A stretch of DNA of 63,468 nt, filler included, from Candidatus Delongbacteria bacterium (GTDB lineage Bacteria > UBA4055), in NCBI GenBank assembly GCA_016937995.1. It is 4 parts of 4 records of this genome, joined end to end, with 100 filler letters (N's around TTAATTAATTAA, not from the genome) between each part and the next. Parts side by side here need not be neighbours in the genome. Positions count along the whole stretch, not along the records: positions 29,330 to 60,778 come from JAFGVM010000012.1; 3 more parts are not named here. One strand, given 5' to 3'. Shown here piece by piece: positions 40,633 to 50,757 of this stretch. The notes under the pieces were generated by a model. That model was not told the DNA's origin and did not search any database. It saw nothing but the letters and a program-made list of their open reading frames with translations. How positions within the stretch are numbered: position 1 is the first letter of the stretch; every line of letters begins with the position of its first letter. The translations under genes and the position numbers were made by a program.

Positions 40633-41340
40633 ATGCAGGCTGTAATACTTGCCGGTGGTAAAGGAACCAGATTAAAACCTTATACAACAGTTTTACCAAA
40701 ACCTCTAATGCCTATTGGTGACTACCCCATACTTGAAGTACTATTAAGACAGTTGAAATATTTCGGAGTAACTGATATTACAATGGCTGTAGGTCATTTA
40801 AAAGAACTTATTCAGGCATTTTTCTCCGATGGAAGCAACTGGGATCTGAATATTAAATATTCTTTTGAAAATAAACCTCTTGGAACTGCAGCGCCATTGA
40901 AGCTGATATCTGAATTAGATGATGATTTCCTCGTTATGAACGGAGATGTTCTAACAGACCTGGATTTTAAGGAATTCTTTGAATACCATAAAAGTTCAGG
41001 TGCTTTATGCTCGATCGCAATGTATAAAAAGCCTGTGAAGATCGATCTAGGTGTTCTAGATGTTGATAATAAAAACAAGCTAATTGGTTATACAGAAAAA
41101 CCTACTCTTAATTATAATGTCAGTATGGGTGTCTATGCATTTAGTAAAAAAGTGATCGAATATATTCCGAATGATCAATATTTTGATTTTCCCGAGTTGA
41201 TGTTAAAATTAATGGAAATGGGCCAGAATGTACAATGCTACCCTTTCAATGGATACTGGCTGGATATTGGCAGACCTGATGACTACGATATTGCAATAGA
41301 ACAATTCAACAATAATATCGATAAATTCATAAGAAATTAA
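40633..41340 (+). CDS. sugar-phosphate nucleotidyltransferase
   Basis: LAGGKGTRLKP, PKPL, WLDIG. Confidence 0.92.
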   Translation: MQAVILAGGKGTRLKPYTTVLPKPLMPIGDYPILEVLLRQLKYFGVTDITMAVGHLKELIQAFFSDGSNWDLNIKYSFENKPLGTAAPLKLISELDDDFLVMNGDVLTDLDFKEFFEYHKSSGALCSIAMYKKPVKIDLGVLDVDNKNKLIGYTEKPTLNYNVSMGVYAFSKKVIEYIPNDQYFDFPELMLKLMEMGQNVQCYPFNGYWLDIGRPDDYDIAIEQFNNNIDKFIRN

Positions 41341-41345
41341 ATTTA

Positions 41346-42422
41346 ATGAACATTTTATTCCTAAATTCAAAAAAAAGCTGGGCGGGTGTAGTTTCCTGGA
41401 AAACCACACTTGCTAAGAACTTGATCAGTAAAGGTCACAACTGTTTTATTGTAACAGGCAGAAATTCAGCTTTGGCAAAAAATAAACCTGATGATCTGGA
41501 ACTGCATACTATAAAATTTGGAATGAATTATAATCCCTGGACTTTATTTTTCTTTATTAAATTCATTAGGAAACATAAGATAGATATCATCGTTACAAAT
41601 ATAAAAAAAGAAGTGATCTTTGGTGGAATAGCAGGAAAACTGACAGGTGTTACTGTAGTAAGAAGAATAGGAAATGAGAAGGATTTTAAATCCGGTAAGT
41701 TTCTTGATAGTAATTTTGTGGATCATTTTCTCTTCCCGTGCGATTATACAAGAAAACTAGCTATAAACAAAATTAAATGGCTTGATCCAAAAAAAACAAA
41801 AGTGATCCATACCGGAAAGATAATTCCTGAATTTTCTGATGCTGAAATAGCTGATAAAAGAGAAAGCTGGGGAGCAAAAAAAGATGATATCGTGATAGGT
41901 ATCTCAGACAGACTTGATAAAAATAAAGGTATTGATCTACTGATAAAGGTCTTTGCATCCTTATCGCAGAAATATGATAACATAAAATTAGTGATCACCG
42001 GCAAAGGTAGTTTTGGAACTCAACTTGAAGAACTGGTAGATGAACTTAATATCAGAGAAAGAGTTTTATTCGCAGGTTTTGTAACTGATGTAATGCTGAC
42101 TGCAAGATCTTATGATTTAGCTGTACTTGCCTCTTACCTTGAATCATTTCCAAATTCTGTAATAGAATATATGGCTTCTAACACAGCAGTGATCTGTACG
42201 GATGTAGGCGGAGTATCTGAGCTTGTTTATAACGGAAGTAATGGTTTCCTTATACCCAAGCAAAATGAAAATGAACTAAGATCAGCTTTAGAAAAACTTA
42301 TCACGAACAAAAACTTAAGACAAAGTTTTGCAATAAACGCACTGGATACGATAAAAAAAGGATTCACAGAAGATAAAATGGCTGATAAGGTTATTGAATT
42401 TTTTAACGAAATAAAGAGATAG
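41346..42422 (+). CDS. GT4 glycosyltransferase
   Basis: ESFPNSVIEYMA, TDVGG. Confidence 0.88.
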   Translation: MNILFLNSKKSWAGVVSWKTTLAKNLISKGHNCFIVTGRNSALAKNKPDDLELHTIKFGMNYNPWTLFFFIKFIRKHKIDIIVTNIKKEVIFGGIAGKLTGVTVVRRIGNEKDFKSGKFLDSNFVDHFLFPCDYTRKLAINKIKWLDPKKTKVIHTGKIIPEFSDAEIADKRESWGAKKDDIVIGISDRLDKNKGIDLLIKVFASLSQKYDNIKLVITGKGSFGTQLEELVDELNIRERVLFAGFVTDVMLTARSYDLAVLASYLESFPNSVIEYMASNTAVICTDVGGVSELVYNGSNGFLIPKQNENELRSALEKLITNKNLRQSFAINALDTIKKGFTEDKMADKVIEFFNEIKR

Positions 42423-43691
42423 ATGAAGAACTGCTTGATAATTACTACTAATTTTCCGCCTACAGGTGGCATAGGTGTCCAGAGAGTGACCAAGATCACT
42501 AAATATCTGCCTGATCATGGTATTAATCCGATTATTGTTACTGTTCCTTCGTATTCTTCAAAAAGATCCACCAAAGACATTTCAATGCTTGAAGAATTGA
42601 GTAAGGATCTTGAAATTCACAGACCGTTCTTCATTGATTACCGTAAATTCTTTCCCGGAGATATTTCCAAGTTTGTAGATCGTTTTTTCTTTCCTGATAA
42701 ATACAAATTATGGTGTCATTTTGCTTTTAAAACAATAAAAAAGATAGCACTTGAAAAAGAAATTGACGCGATCTTCATTACAGTGAAAAGTTTTTCATTA
42801 TTATCACTGGTCAAACCATTGAAGGAAAAATTTGGAATACCGGTAATAGTTGATTTCAGAGATCCCTTCTCATTCAATTTTTATAATGCAGACAAACCAC
42901 AAAAGATCAAAGATAAAATGATAGCTCTTGAGAAAGAAGCATTTGAAAATGCAGATATTATCACAACAGTAACACCGTTTATTTCAAACAGATACAAAGA
43001 GATTTATCCTAATGCTAATATTCATACGATCACCAATGGTTTTGACACGAAGGACTTTCCCATAGTATCCGATGTCAGAGATATTCATGATCTTAAAGAG
43101 TTCTCTATCGGATATAGTGGTACTTTCAGCAAAATGGCACCTATTGATGTGATCATTAACGCTATTATAAAGATCTATGAAGAACATGATATTTCAATAA
43201 AACTCAATATTGCTACTCCTATTGCTTCAGAAGTAATAAAAAAGAAACATCCTAAATTATTCGAATACGGTCTGATAAATCATTTAGGATTTTTACCACA
43301 TAAAGAAAGTATTTCCAGGCTATATCACAATCAGTTGCTTCTTTTTATGCTGATCAATGATAAGAAGACCGAGGGAGTATATTCAGGTAAAATATTCGAA
43401 TATTTCAATATCCCAAGGCCTGTATTATTCCTTAATAGAAAAGGAAGCAGCTTAAGCGAACTCATAGAAGTAACTAAAAAAGGTTATACCGTTGATATAA
43501 ACGATCAAAAAGAAATAACAACGACCCTTTTGGATCTTTACCATTCATGGAAAAACAAAAAAATGCAATATGATCCTGATCCTGATAAAATATCAGAATT
43601 CAGCTATAAAAACATTACAAAGAAAGTTTCTGAATTGATAAATAATTCTATTAAAAATAATCAGTATGAAGAGGCAAATAATGAAAATTGA
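42423..43691 (+). CDS. GT4-like glycosyltransferase
   Basis: FPPTGGIGVQR, DFRDP, ITNGFD, GKIFEY. Confidence 0.85.
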   Translation: MKNCLIITTNFPPTGGIGVQRVTKITKYLPDHGINPIIVTVPSYSSKRSTKDISMLEELSKDLEIHRPFFIDYRKFFPGDISKFVDRFFFPDKYKLWCHFAFKTIKKIALEKEIDAIFITVKSFSLLSLVKPLKEKFGIPVIVDFRDPFSFNFYNADKPQKIKDKMIALEKEAFENADIITTVTPFISNRYKEIYPNANIHTITNGFDTKDFPIVSDVRDIHDLKEFSIGYSGTFSKMAPIDVIINAIIKIYEEHDISIKLNIATPIASEVIKKKHPKLFEYGLINHLGFLPHKESISRLYHNQLLLFMLINDKKTEGVYSGKIFEYFNIPRPVLFLNRKGSSLSELIEVTKKGYTVDINDQKEITTTLLDLYHSWKNKKMQYDPDPDKISEFSYKNITKKVSELINNSIKNNQYEEANNEN

Positions 43692-44064
43692 TATCTCTAT
43701 TGGAGAACTGGTTGACAAGGTAACAATACTGTCGATCAAACTTGAAAAATTTAAAGATGAAGTTAAAAAATCTAATGTTCAGAAAGAATATGACATCTTA
43801 ACTGTACCTATGAACCAAATTGGAATTACTACAGATTCAAAAGAATTTAAAGATCTAAGAGAAATTAATCTGAAACTTTGGCATATTGAGGATGATATCA
43901 GAATTGAAGAATCAAAGTCAGAATTCGGAACTAAATTTATTGAGTTAGCCAGAAGTGTATACTTCATCAACGATGATAGAGCAGCAGTGAAAAAAGAGAT
44001 CAATCTGAAGTATAATTCTGATCTGGTCGAAGAAAAAGAATACGTTGATTATAAAAAGAAATAA
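43681..44064 (+). CDS. DUF6165-like protein
   Basis: ISIGELVDKVTIL, LWHIEDDIR, FIELARSVY..ND.RA..K. Confidence 0.8.
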   Translation: MKIDISIGELVDKVTILSIKLEKFKDEVKKSNVQKEYDILTVPMNQIGITTDSKEFKDLREINLKLWHIEDDIRIEESKSEFGTKFIELARSVYFINDDRAAVKKEINLKYNSDLVEEKEYVDYKKK

Positions 44065-44075
44065 CTGAGGTAGAA

Positions 44076-45149
44076 TTGGGAAGCAAAGTAGGAAGAAAAC
44101 TGAGTGCAAAGCAATTAGCTGGGATTAAAAGAATCCTTGTGATACAATACAAACCTTTTGGTGATGTTTTATTGAACACTGCATACCTGTCCCCTTTAAG
44201 AAAAACATTTCCTGAAGCTACGATCGACTATCTGGTCCAGAGACCTTTCAAAACTATACTGGAAGATAATCCCGACCTTGATAATCTGATCCTGATGGAA
44301 AAGAAGAAAGGTAAGACTTTAGCTTACTACTGGGAAAGAGTAAAGACGATCTTCAGAGTTAGAAAATTAAAGTATGATATGATAATAGATCAGATAAGAG
44401 GTCCGGGATCATCTCAGATAACTTTATTCAGCGGGGCAAAATACAAACTTGGATGGAACAGAAAAACACTTCGTAACTGGTTTAAAGGTTATAACTGGGT
44501 TTACAATTATAGAGAGGACAGAGATCATAAAGTCTATGCCGGCAAGGCTAAATTCAAATTGCTTGCCCCTTTAGGTATAGAGTATAACGGTGAAAATTTA
44601 TTTTATCATGTTAAACCTGGATCTATAGAGTTTGTAAACAACTGGCTGACAGAAATTGATCTTACTGATAAGAAATTTGTTGTATTTTCACCTGTAACTC
44701 CTGTTTACAGGAAACAATGGCCTTTCGAGCGCTTTGCAAAGGTAGCTGATATGATAAAAGAGATAGCAGGACTTGAGGTTATACTGGTATGGGGTCCGGG
44801 AGAAAAAGAGAAAGTAGAGTATATGGCATCTCAAATGAAAACAGATCCTGTAATTGCTCCAAATACAACTTTCAATCAGGCTGGAGCATTACTGAAAAGA
44901 ACTTTTATCTACATAGGCAACGACGGAGGTATTATTCATCTTGCTGTGGCTATGAACACGCCAACGATAGCTATATTCGGACCTAAGACAGATCCTCTAA
45001 AATGGACTTCATGGCACTTACCTATCCATAAATATCTAAGGGATTTTGATTTCAGAGATCCTAAGGATAATACATTTAATATTTCACCTGAACAGGTGTT
45101 CGATCAGTTTCAGGAACTTAAACAATTTTTAGAAAACAGGAAATCTTAA
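44076..45149 (+). CDS. GT9 (heptosyltransferase-family) glycosyltransferase
   Basis: FGDVLL, KQWP, GNDGG.IHLAVA..TPTIAIFGP. Confidence 0.9.
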   Translation: MGSKVGRKLSAKQLAGIKRILVIQYKPFGDVLLNTAYLSPLRKTFPEATIDYLVQRPFKTILEDNPDLDNLILMEKKKGKTLAYYWERVKTIFRVRKLKYDMIIDQIRGPGSSQITLFSGAKYKLGWNRKTLRNWFKGYNWVYNYREDRDHKVYAGKAKFKLLAPLGIEYNGENLFYHVKPGSIEFVNNWLTEIDLTDKKFVVFSPVTPVYRKQWPFERFAKVADMIKEIAGLEVILVWGPGEKEKVEYMASQMKTDPVIAPNTTFNQAGALLKRTFIYIGNDGGIIHLAVAMNTPTIAIFGPKTDPLKWTSWHLPIHKYLRDFDFRDPKDNTFNISPEQVFDQFQELKQFLENRKS

Positions 45150-45538
45150 TGAAAAAAGTTATTACTTACGGAACATTTGACCTATTTCATATTGGACATT
45201 TGAATATTCTTAAAAGAGCAAAAGCACTCGGAGACTATCTTGTTGTAGCTGTTTCTACTGATGAATTTAATCTTATCAAGGATAAAGTATGCACATATCC
45301 ATACGAAGAAAGAGCAGCTATAGTGGAAGCTTTAAAATATGTTGATGAAGTTATACCTGAGAACAACTGGGAACAGAAAATTAAAGATGTACAGAATCAC
45401 AATATTGATATTTTTGTCATGGGTAACGACTGGGTAAGTAAATTTGACTTTCTTAAAGAATATTGTCAAGTTGTATATCTACCGAGAACTGATGGAATTT
45501 CAACCACAGAAATAAAGAACGGACTGAAAAGCAGCTAA
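45149..45538 (+). CDS. tagD: glycerol-3-phosphate cytidylyltransferase
   Basis: TYGTFDLFHIGH, RTDGISTT. Confidence 0.9.
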   Translation: MKKVITYGTFDLFHIGHLNILKRAKALGDYLVVAVSTDEFNLIKDKVCTYPYEERAAIVEALKYVDEVIPENNWEQKIKDVQNHNIDIFVMGNDWVSKFDFLKEYCQVVYLPRTDGISTTEIKNGLKSS

Positions 45539-46590
45539 TGAAATATTTATTCTACATATCAAAGTCCTATTCAATCACTATTATCAAACCTTTGATGGAA
45601 TATCTTGATAATACTCAAGATAAATATGTTATTCTTGTTTCCAGAAAAGTGAAAAAGAAAATAACCGAAGAAAATATATGGACTGATAAAACTGTAATAA
45701 CTACCGTTCAGGAAGGAATTGAATTCAATCCTGACTTCTGCCTGTCACCCGGTAATTATGTTGACTTTAGACTTCCCGGGATCAAAGTTGAGATCTTTCA
45801 TGGAATTGGGATAGAAAAACCATCTCATTATGAGATCAGACATTTCTTTGATGTGTATCTTACTTCTGGTCCTGTTGTAACTGAGAAATTCAATGAACTG
45901 CAAAAGAAATATGGATATTTTCTGGTACGTGAAACAGGCTGGCCTAAAATGGATCATATAATGTCTTATCCGGCTGAGAATATTAGAGAAAAGTACGGAT
46001 TTCCAACTGTTAAAAAGATAATTCTTTATGCTCCGACATTCAGTAAGAAGATGCAGTCAGCTGATGCTCTTATTGGTATTATCCCAGAGATCATAAAAGA
46101 CGATGAGATCTGGCTGATGAAATTTCATGAGTTCATGGATAAGGACACAATTCAAAAGATCGGAGAGCTTTCAGATCCACGTATTATTCTGGTGAGCACT
46201 CATGATATCACTCCTTATCTGTATATAGCTGACGTAATGATCTCTGATACTTCTTCAGTGATCTACGAATTCATGGCTCTGGATAAACCTGTTATAACCT
46301 TTAGAACAATGAGTAGAAAAGATAAAGGTATTGATATTTCATCACCTGAGGAACTAAGATCTGCTTTAGACAGAACTCTCTCTGATCCAGCTGAACATTC
46401 TGCTATAAGAATGAAACATCTCAATGAAGTTAATCCTTATCTCAATAGCAATATTGCTACTAATATTTTCAAAGTTCTCGAAGATATTATTAAAAACAAT
46501 GAACTCCCGAAGAAGAAAAAACCATTGAATATTTTCAGAAAGTTACGGATACTTTATCATGAGAAGTTCAGAAACGGACACTTAAAATAA
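45538..46590 (+). CDS. CDP-glycerol glycerophosphotransferase family protein
   Basis: IFHG, TGWPKMD, LYAPTF, ISDTSSV. Confidence 0.88.
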   Translation: MKYLFYISKSYSITIIKPLMEYLDNTQDKYVILVSRKVKKKITEENIWTDKTVITTVQEGIEFNPDFCLSPGNYVDFRLPGIKVEIFHGIGIEKPSHYEIRHFFDVYLTSGPVVTEKFNELQKKYGYFLVRETGWPKMDHIMSYPAENIREKYGFPTVKKIILYAPTFSKKMQSADALIGIIPEIIKDDEIWLMKFHEFMDKDTIQKIGELSDPRIILVSTHDITPYLYIADVMISDTSSVIYEFMALDKPVITFRTMSRKDKGIDISSPEELRSALDRTLSDPAEHSAIRMKHLNEVNPYLNSNIATNIFKVLEDIIKNNELPKKKKPLNIFRKLRILYHEKFRNGHLK

Positions 46591-46605
46591 TTGGAATTAA
46601 ATTAA

Positions 46606-47199
46606 ATGGCTGGAAATTTAACACTTACCGGAAAACTTGAAGTTACTGCCAGAAAGATGCTAAAAGATGTCTGCAGGATACTTGATGAGAATAATATTCC
46701 TTATACTCTTGAAGGCGGAACTCTTTTAGGTATCATTAGAGAAAACAGGTTACTTCCGTGGGATAACGACCTGGATTTGACCATTACAGATGATCATCTT
46801 GATAAACTTATTAAGATCAGATGGAAGATCTGGCTTGCAGGATATAGAACCAGAATCAGAAAATCTAAGAAAGATATGCCCCACTTCCCTGCAGGCTCAG
46901 TACGACTAATTAAGATCCAAACCAGGAAATTTCTTTTGAAAGGTGTAAGTCTTCTTGATGTATTTGTAAAAACTAAGGTTGATGAGAAATATTTCTGGAC
47001 TGTTGGGATCAAGAATCCTGTACTGAAATCCGTACCGTTTCATTTCTATGAGCAACTTACTAAATTCCCGTTTGACGGATACGATTATTCTGTACCTGAA
47101 AAATATGAGGATTACCTGACCTATCGTTATGATGACTGGAAGATAGCTGTGAAAGAGTATGATTTCAAGAAAGATGATAAAGCTATAGAAAAACCGTAA
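46606..47199 (+). CDS. LicD-family phosphotransferase
   Basis: GGTLLGIIRE..LLPWDNDLD; YLTYRY. Confidence 0.9.
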   Translation: MAGNLTLTGKLEVTARKMLKDVCRILDENNIPYTLEGGTLLGIIRENRLLPWDNDLDLTITDDHLDKLIKIRWKIWLAGYRTRIRKSKKDMPHFPAGSVRLIKIQTRKFLLKGVSLLDVFVKTKVDEKYFWTVGIKNPVLKSVPFHFYEQLTKFPFDGYDYSVPEKYEDYLTYRYDDWKIAVKEYDFKKDDKAIEKP

Positions 47200-47223
47200 A
47201 GACGCAACACTTTGCGACTCTTC
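47196..47223. repeat. degenerate GTAG-type REP overlapping the licD-family stop codon
   Basis: GTAAAGACGCAA-CACT-TTGCGACTCTTC. Confidence 0.55.
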
Positions 47224-47240
47224 AAAAAGGAGAAAATACA

Positions 47241-48002
47241 ATGAGAGCTATAATAATTGCAGCAGGAAAAGGCACAAGACTATACCCATTGACCAAGAAC
47301 ACACCGAAAAGCCTCCTTGAAATAGGTAATGGTATAACTATGCTTGAATCCCAGCTTCATAGTTTAAAAGAAAATAATATAAAGGATGTTACAATTATTG
47401 TAGGATATAGAGCAGAACAGATAGAAGCTAAAATAAAAAAATATCAGGATGATTTTAATATCAATACCGTATTTAATCCATTCTATGACTGTTCTAATAA
47501 CCTTATTTCAGTATGGATGGCAAGACACTGGATGAAAGATGAATTTATCACTATAAACGGAGACGATATTTTTAAGCCTTCAGTTATAGAAAACCTTCTT
47601 AAAAGCGAAAGTAATATTACTATGGTGATCGATGAGAAGGAAAAGTATGATGAGGATGATATGAAGGTGGTTCACAGTGATGGACTTGTTCAGCAGGTAA
47701 GTAAAAAGATATCAATGGAAGAAGTAAACGGAGAATCAGTAGGTATTATAAAATTCTCCGGCAGAGGTCCACAGATCTATGTTGATACTCTTGAAGAAAT
47801 GGTCAGAGATGAATCGAACCGTGATGTATTTTACTTGAAGGCTATACAGCAGATAATTGATAAAGGATATCCGGTTAATTATTCTAAATGTATGGAAAAT
47901 GACTGGAGTGAGCTTGACTTCCACCCTGACCTTGTAATGATAAAACAATACCTCAGAAGATCTAACTTAATTGATACAATATTCCCCGGAAAGGATAAAT
48001 AA
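47241..48002 (+). CDS. phosphocholine cytidylyltransferase-family (LicC-like) NTP transferase
   Basis: AAGKGTRL..PKSL, FNPFY..SNNL.S, NGDD, GESVG. Confidence 0.85.
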   Translation: MRAIIIAAGKGTRLYPLTKNTPKSLLEIGNGITMLESQLHSLKENNIKDVTIIVGYRAEQIEAKIKKYQDDFNINTVFNPFYDCSNNLISVWMARHWMKDEFITINGDDIFKPSVIENLLKSESNITMVIDEKEKYDEDDMKVVHSDGLVQQVSKKISMEEVNGESVGIIKFSGRGPQIYVDTLEEMVRDESNRDVFYLKAIQQIIDKGYPVNYSKCMENDWSELDFHPDLVMIKQYLRRSNLIDTIFPGKDK

Positions 48003-48022
48003 AAATAAGTATTCGATACTCA

Positions 48023-49636
48023 ATGTACCTTAATAAAACAAAAAACATTATCCTGTATGTTATAATTTCACTGGGAATTGCAGCATCATGTGATTATCTG
48101 TACTCTGTTTATAATTCATACTACACATACTATCCTACAAAAAGCAACCTGACATATCCTATAATGTTCTTCCTAATGCTTTCCCTTGTATCAAAATTCC
48201 GGGTAAGGATAATCATTATATCAGTTTTATCTGCGATCACGATGTTCCAGTTCTTTTATTTCCAGTTTTTTGGAAATATTCTACCTCCTATCTCATTTAT
48301 TCAGTTCTTTCAGAATACAGGAGAGGTATTTGAATCATTTGCACCTTTGATCCCACAATTTGTTTTTCCTTTCCTGATCGTAATATTTTTATTCGTCTCA
48401 CTATTCTACATTAACAAATTATTTCATGATAAATTATTCCACTTCAAGTTTTCAAGTTATTTATTGCCTGCAGGTTTAATTATTCATCTGATAATCATAT
48501 TCTCGGTATTGAATAATTCAAAAGGAAGATTAAACAATGCTCAGTCAAGGCTCATTTATCCCAGACCCAACAGACTTGCATTTGAAAATTATATCAGAAC
48601 CACAAATTACTTTTTAGTTGGGATCTTACCTAAGAAAATTAATGGATCTTATGATGAGTTAAGATCATTATCAGAGCCTGAAAAGATCATTGACAAACCA
48701 AACAGGAATATCGTTTTGGTCATAGGTGAATCTCTTAGGAGCGACAGGCTTTCTTTACTTGGTTATGATCGGAAAACCACACCCAGATTAGATTCATTAG
48801 CTGAAAACAGAATAATTTCTTCCCGAAATATTTTCCCGGGAGGAACAATGACCAATACCTCTTTTGCTGTACTTATGAACAGGCTGATCTCCCCTGAATA
48901 TAATGCTCAAATAATTGACCAGAAGAATAATCTTTTCAGGCTTGCAAAAGAAAATGGGTTCTCAACCCATTTCATTTCAAGGAATTCTTTCAGTCAGCTT
49001 GAAACCATGCACAGTCTCTTATCAAGACAGAACATTGATACTTTCTGCAGTAAGTCTAACATGACAGATTTTCTGAAAGAACCTGAAGATTACGATATTG
49101 ATCTTGTGGGATTACTTAAAAATATCGATCTGAACAGCAGTAATTTTATAATTCTGCAGCAGAGAAGATCACATTCTCCCTGTTTCAAGCAGTATCCTGA
49201 GTATTTCGGTACTTTTGAAGATGAATATGATAATACCGTTCTTTATACAGACCTGGTGCTTAGTAAAATGATAGATCATCTATCAAAGAATTCACCTTTG
49301 GAAACATTCTTCATTTTCACTTCTGATCACGGTGAGTTACTTGGTGAGAACGGAAGGAACAGTCACGGTTGCTTTGAAGATGGAGTGATCAATGTTCCTT
49401 TTGTATTCTATACGAATTCTGAAGCTGATTCAATTAAGACCGTAAGTAATAATATCAGATGTCATTTCGACGTTAGTTCATTTATTGGTTTTCTTCTTGG
49501 TTACAATACCAAAATTCCAGATGATCCTGAAAGAGATATTTATATCAACGGAACAGATATTGACGGTTTTGCGGGTTATTTGTATATTAAGACTAAGAAT
49601 GATACTATCGTTGAGCAACATGAGCTAAAATTATAA
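48023..49636 (+). CDS. membrane sulfatase-fold / phosphoethanolamine transferase-like protein
   Basis: 5 N-terminal TM segments; VIGESLR, GYDRKTTP, YDNTVLYTD, SDHGE. Confidence 0.85.
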   Translation: MYLNKTKNIILYVIISLGIAASCDYLYSVYNSYYTYYPTKSNLTYPIMFFLMLSLVSKFRVRIIIISVLSAITMFQFFYFQFFGNILPPISFIQFFQNTGEVFESFAPLIPQFVFPFLIVIFLFVSLFYINKLFHDKLFHFKFSSYLLPAGLIIHLIIIFSVLNNSKGRLNNAQSRLIYPRPNRLAFENYIRTTNYFLVGILPKKINGSYDELRSLSEPEKIIDKPNRNIVLVIGESLRSDRLSLLGYDRKTTPRLDSLAENRIISSRNIFPGGTMTNTSFAVLMNRLISPEYNAQIIDQKNNLFRLAKENGFSTHFISRNSFSQLETMHSLLSRQNIDTFCSKSNMTDFLKEPEDYDIDLVGLLKNIDLNSSNFIILQQRRSHSPCFKQYPEYFGTFEDEYDNTVLYTDLVLSKMIDHLSKNSPLETFFIFTSDHGELLGENGRNSHGCFEDGVINVPFVFYTNSEADSIKTVSNNIRCHFDVSSFIGFLLGYNTKIPDDPERDIYINGTDIDGFAGYLYIKTKNDTIVEQHELKL

Positions 49637-49645
49637 CACGGACTT

Positions 49646-50734
49646 ATGATGATAAAAGTACTTTTTGACCTGAAAAAAGAATATTATTTCAATTCACTAT
49701 ATCCACTATACAAAGAAATGGTGAAAGATCCCAACTATGATATTTACTTTCGGATCGGTAAAGATCAGAAAAGATTTCTTGGTATATTTCTTATCAATGA
49801 AAAGAACCGTATCGCTGAATGGATGAAAAAAGAGGGTTATAAGCTTACAGATGAGAGAGCTGGATTTGACCTTGTTGTCTGTGGTGATGCATTTAAAGAT
49901 CCTGAGAAGTACGGTGAGTGTATCAGAGTTCATCTTGACCATGGTGTAGGAATTAAAACACTTAGGATCAGGAACATCGTAAAGCAGAAGGATTATCACT
50001 ATCATGTATTCCTTGAAGGTCAGTACTGGTATGACTATATAAAATCTCTGAACTGGGAAGATAAGGCTGATTTCTATATTACCGGACTTCCTAAGCTTGA
50101 TCCTTTCTTCTGGGTAGGAGAATATGATAAAGATTCTCTTGTAAAAAAGATCGGTATCGATCCGGATAAGAAAACAGTTCTTTATGCACCTTCGTATAAA
50201 CCAAGTTGCATAGAGCATATCAAAGGTAGAATTGCAGAATTACTACCGAAGTATAATCTAGTAATAAAACTTCACCCTTACAGCTGGGGTGGGAAATATG
50301 CTTCACATTCTCAGCATAGATACTATGAAATACTGGCTAAAGAGAATTCATCAGTTTTCCTTATCGAAAAAGAAGACTATGACATTTATCCATATATGTA
50401 CATTTCAGATACTTTGATCAGTGATACTTCTAGTGTTATCAATGAATTCCTTGCAATGGGTAAACACGGTATAATCTATGAACTTCCTTATGAAAAGCTG
50501 AATCACTCTGATGGAATGTCTGTGTTATCAATAGATCCCAAAGAATGGCTACTTGGAGCTTTCCCCCATATGAAGTCACCAGATGATCTTATTCCTGCTG
50601 TAGAGCAAGCCCTCAACCCTACTGAGGAAATGAAAGCAAAGCTTGAAGAATACAGAAATTATTTCTTTACCGGTCTTGACGGAAGATCAGGTATCAGAGT
50701 TAAAGCAAAGATCGATGAGATAATGGGGAAATGA
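49646..50734 (+). CDS. second CDP-glycerol glycerophosphotransferase family protein
   Basis: DHG, TGLPKLD, LYAPSY, KLHP, ISDTSSV. Confidence 0.87.
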   Translation: MMIKVLFDLKKEYYFNSLYPLYKEMVKDPNYDIYFRIGKDQKRFLGIFLINEKNRIAEWMKKEGYKLTDERAGFDLVVCGDAFKDPEKYGECIRVHLDHGVGIKTLRIRNIVKQKDYHYHVFLEGQYWYDYIKSLNWEDKADFYITGLPKLDPFFWVGEYDKDSLVKKIGIDPDKKTVLYAPSYKPSCIEHIKGRIAELLPKYNLVIKLHPYSWGGKYASHSQHRYYEILAKENSSVFLIEKEDYDIYPYMYISDTLISDTSSVINEFLAMGKHGIIYELPYEKLNHSDGMSVLSIDPKEWLLGAFPHMKSPDDLIPAVEQALNPTEEMKAKLEEYRNYFFTGLDGRSGIRVKAKIDEIMGK

Positions 50735-50757
50735 TCAAATACAAAATATTAATTAAT

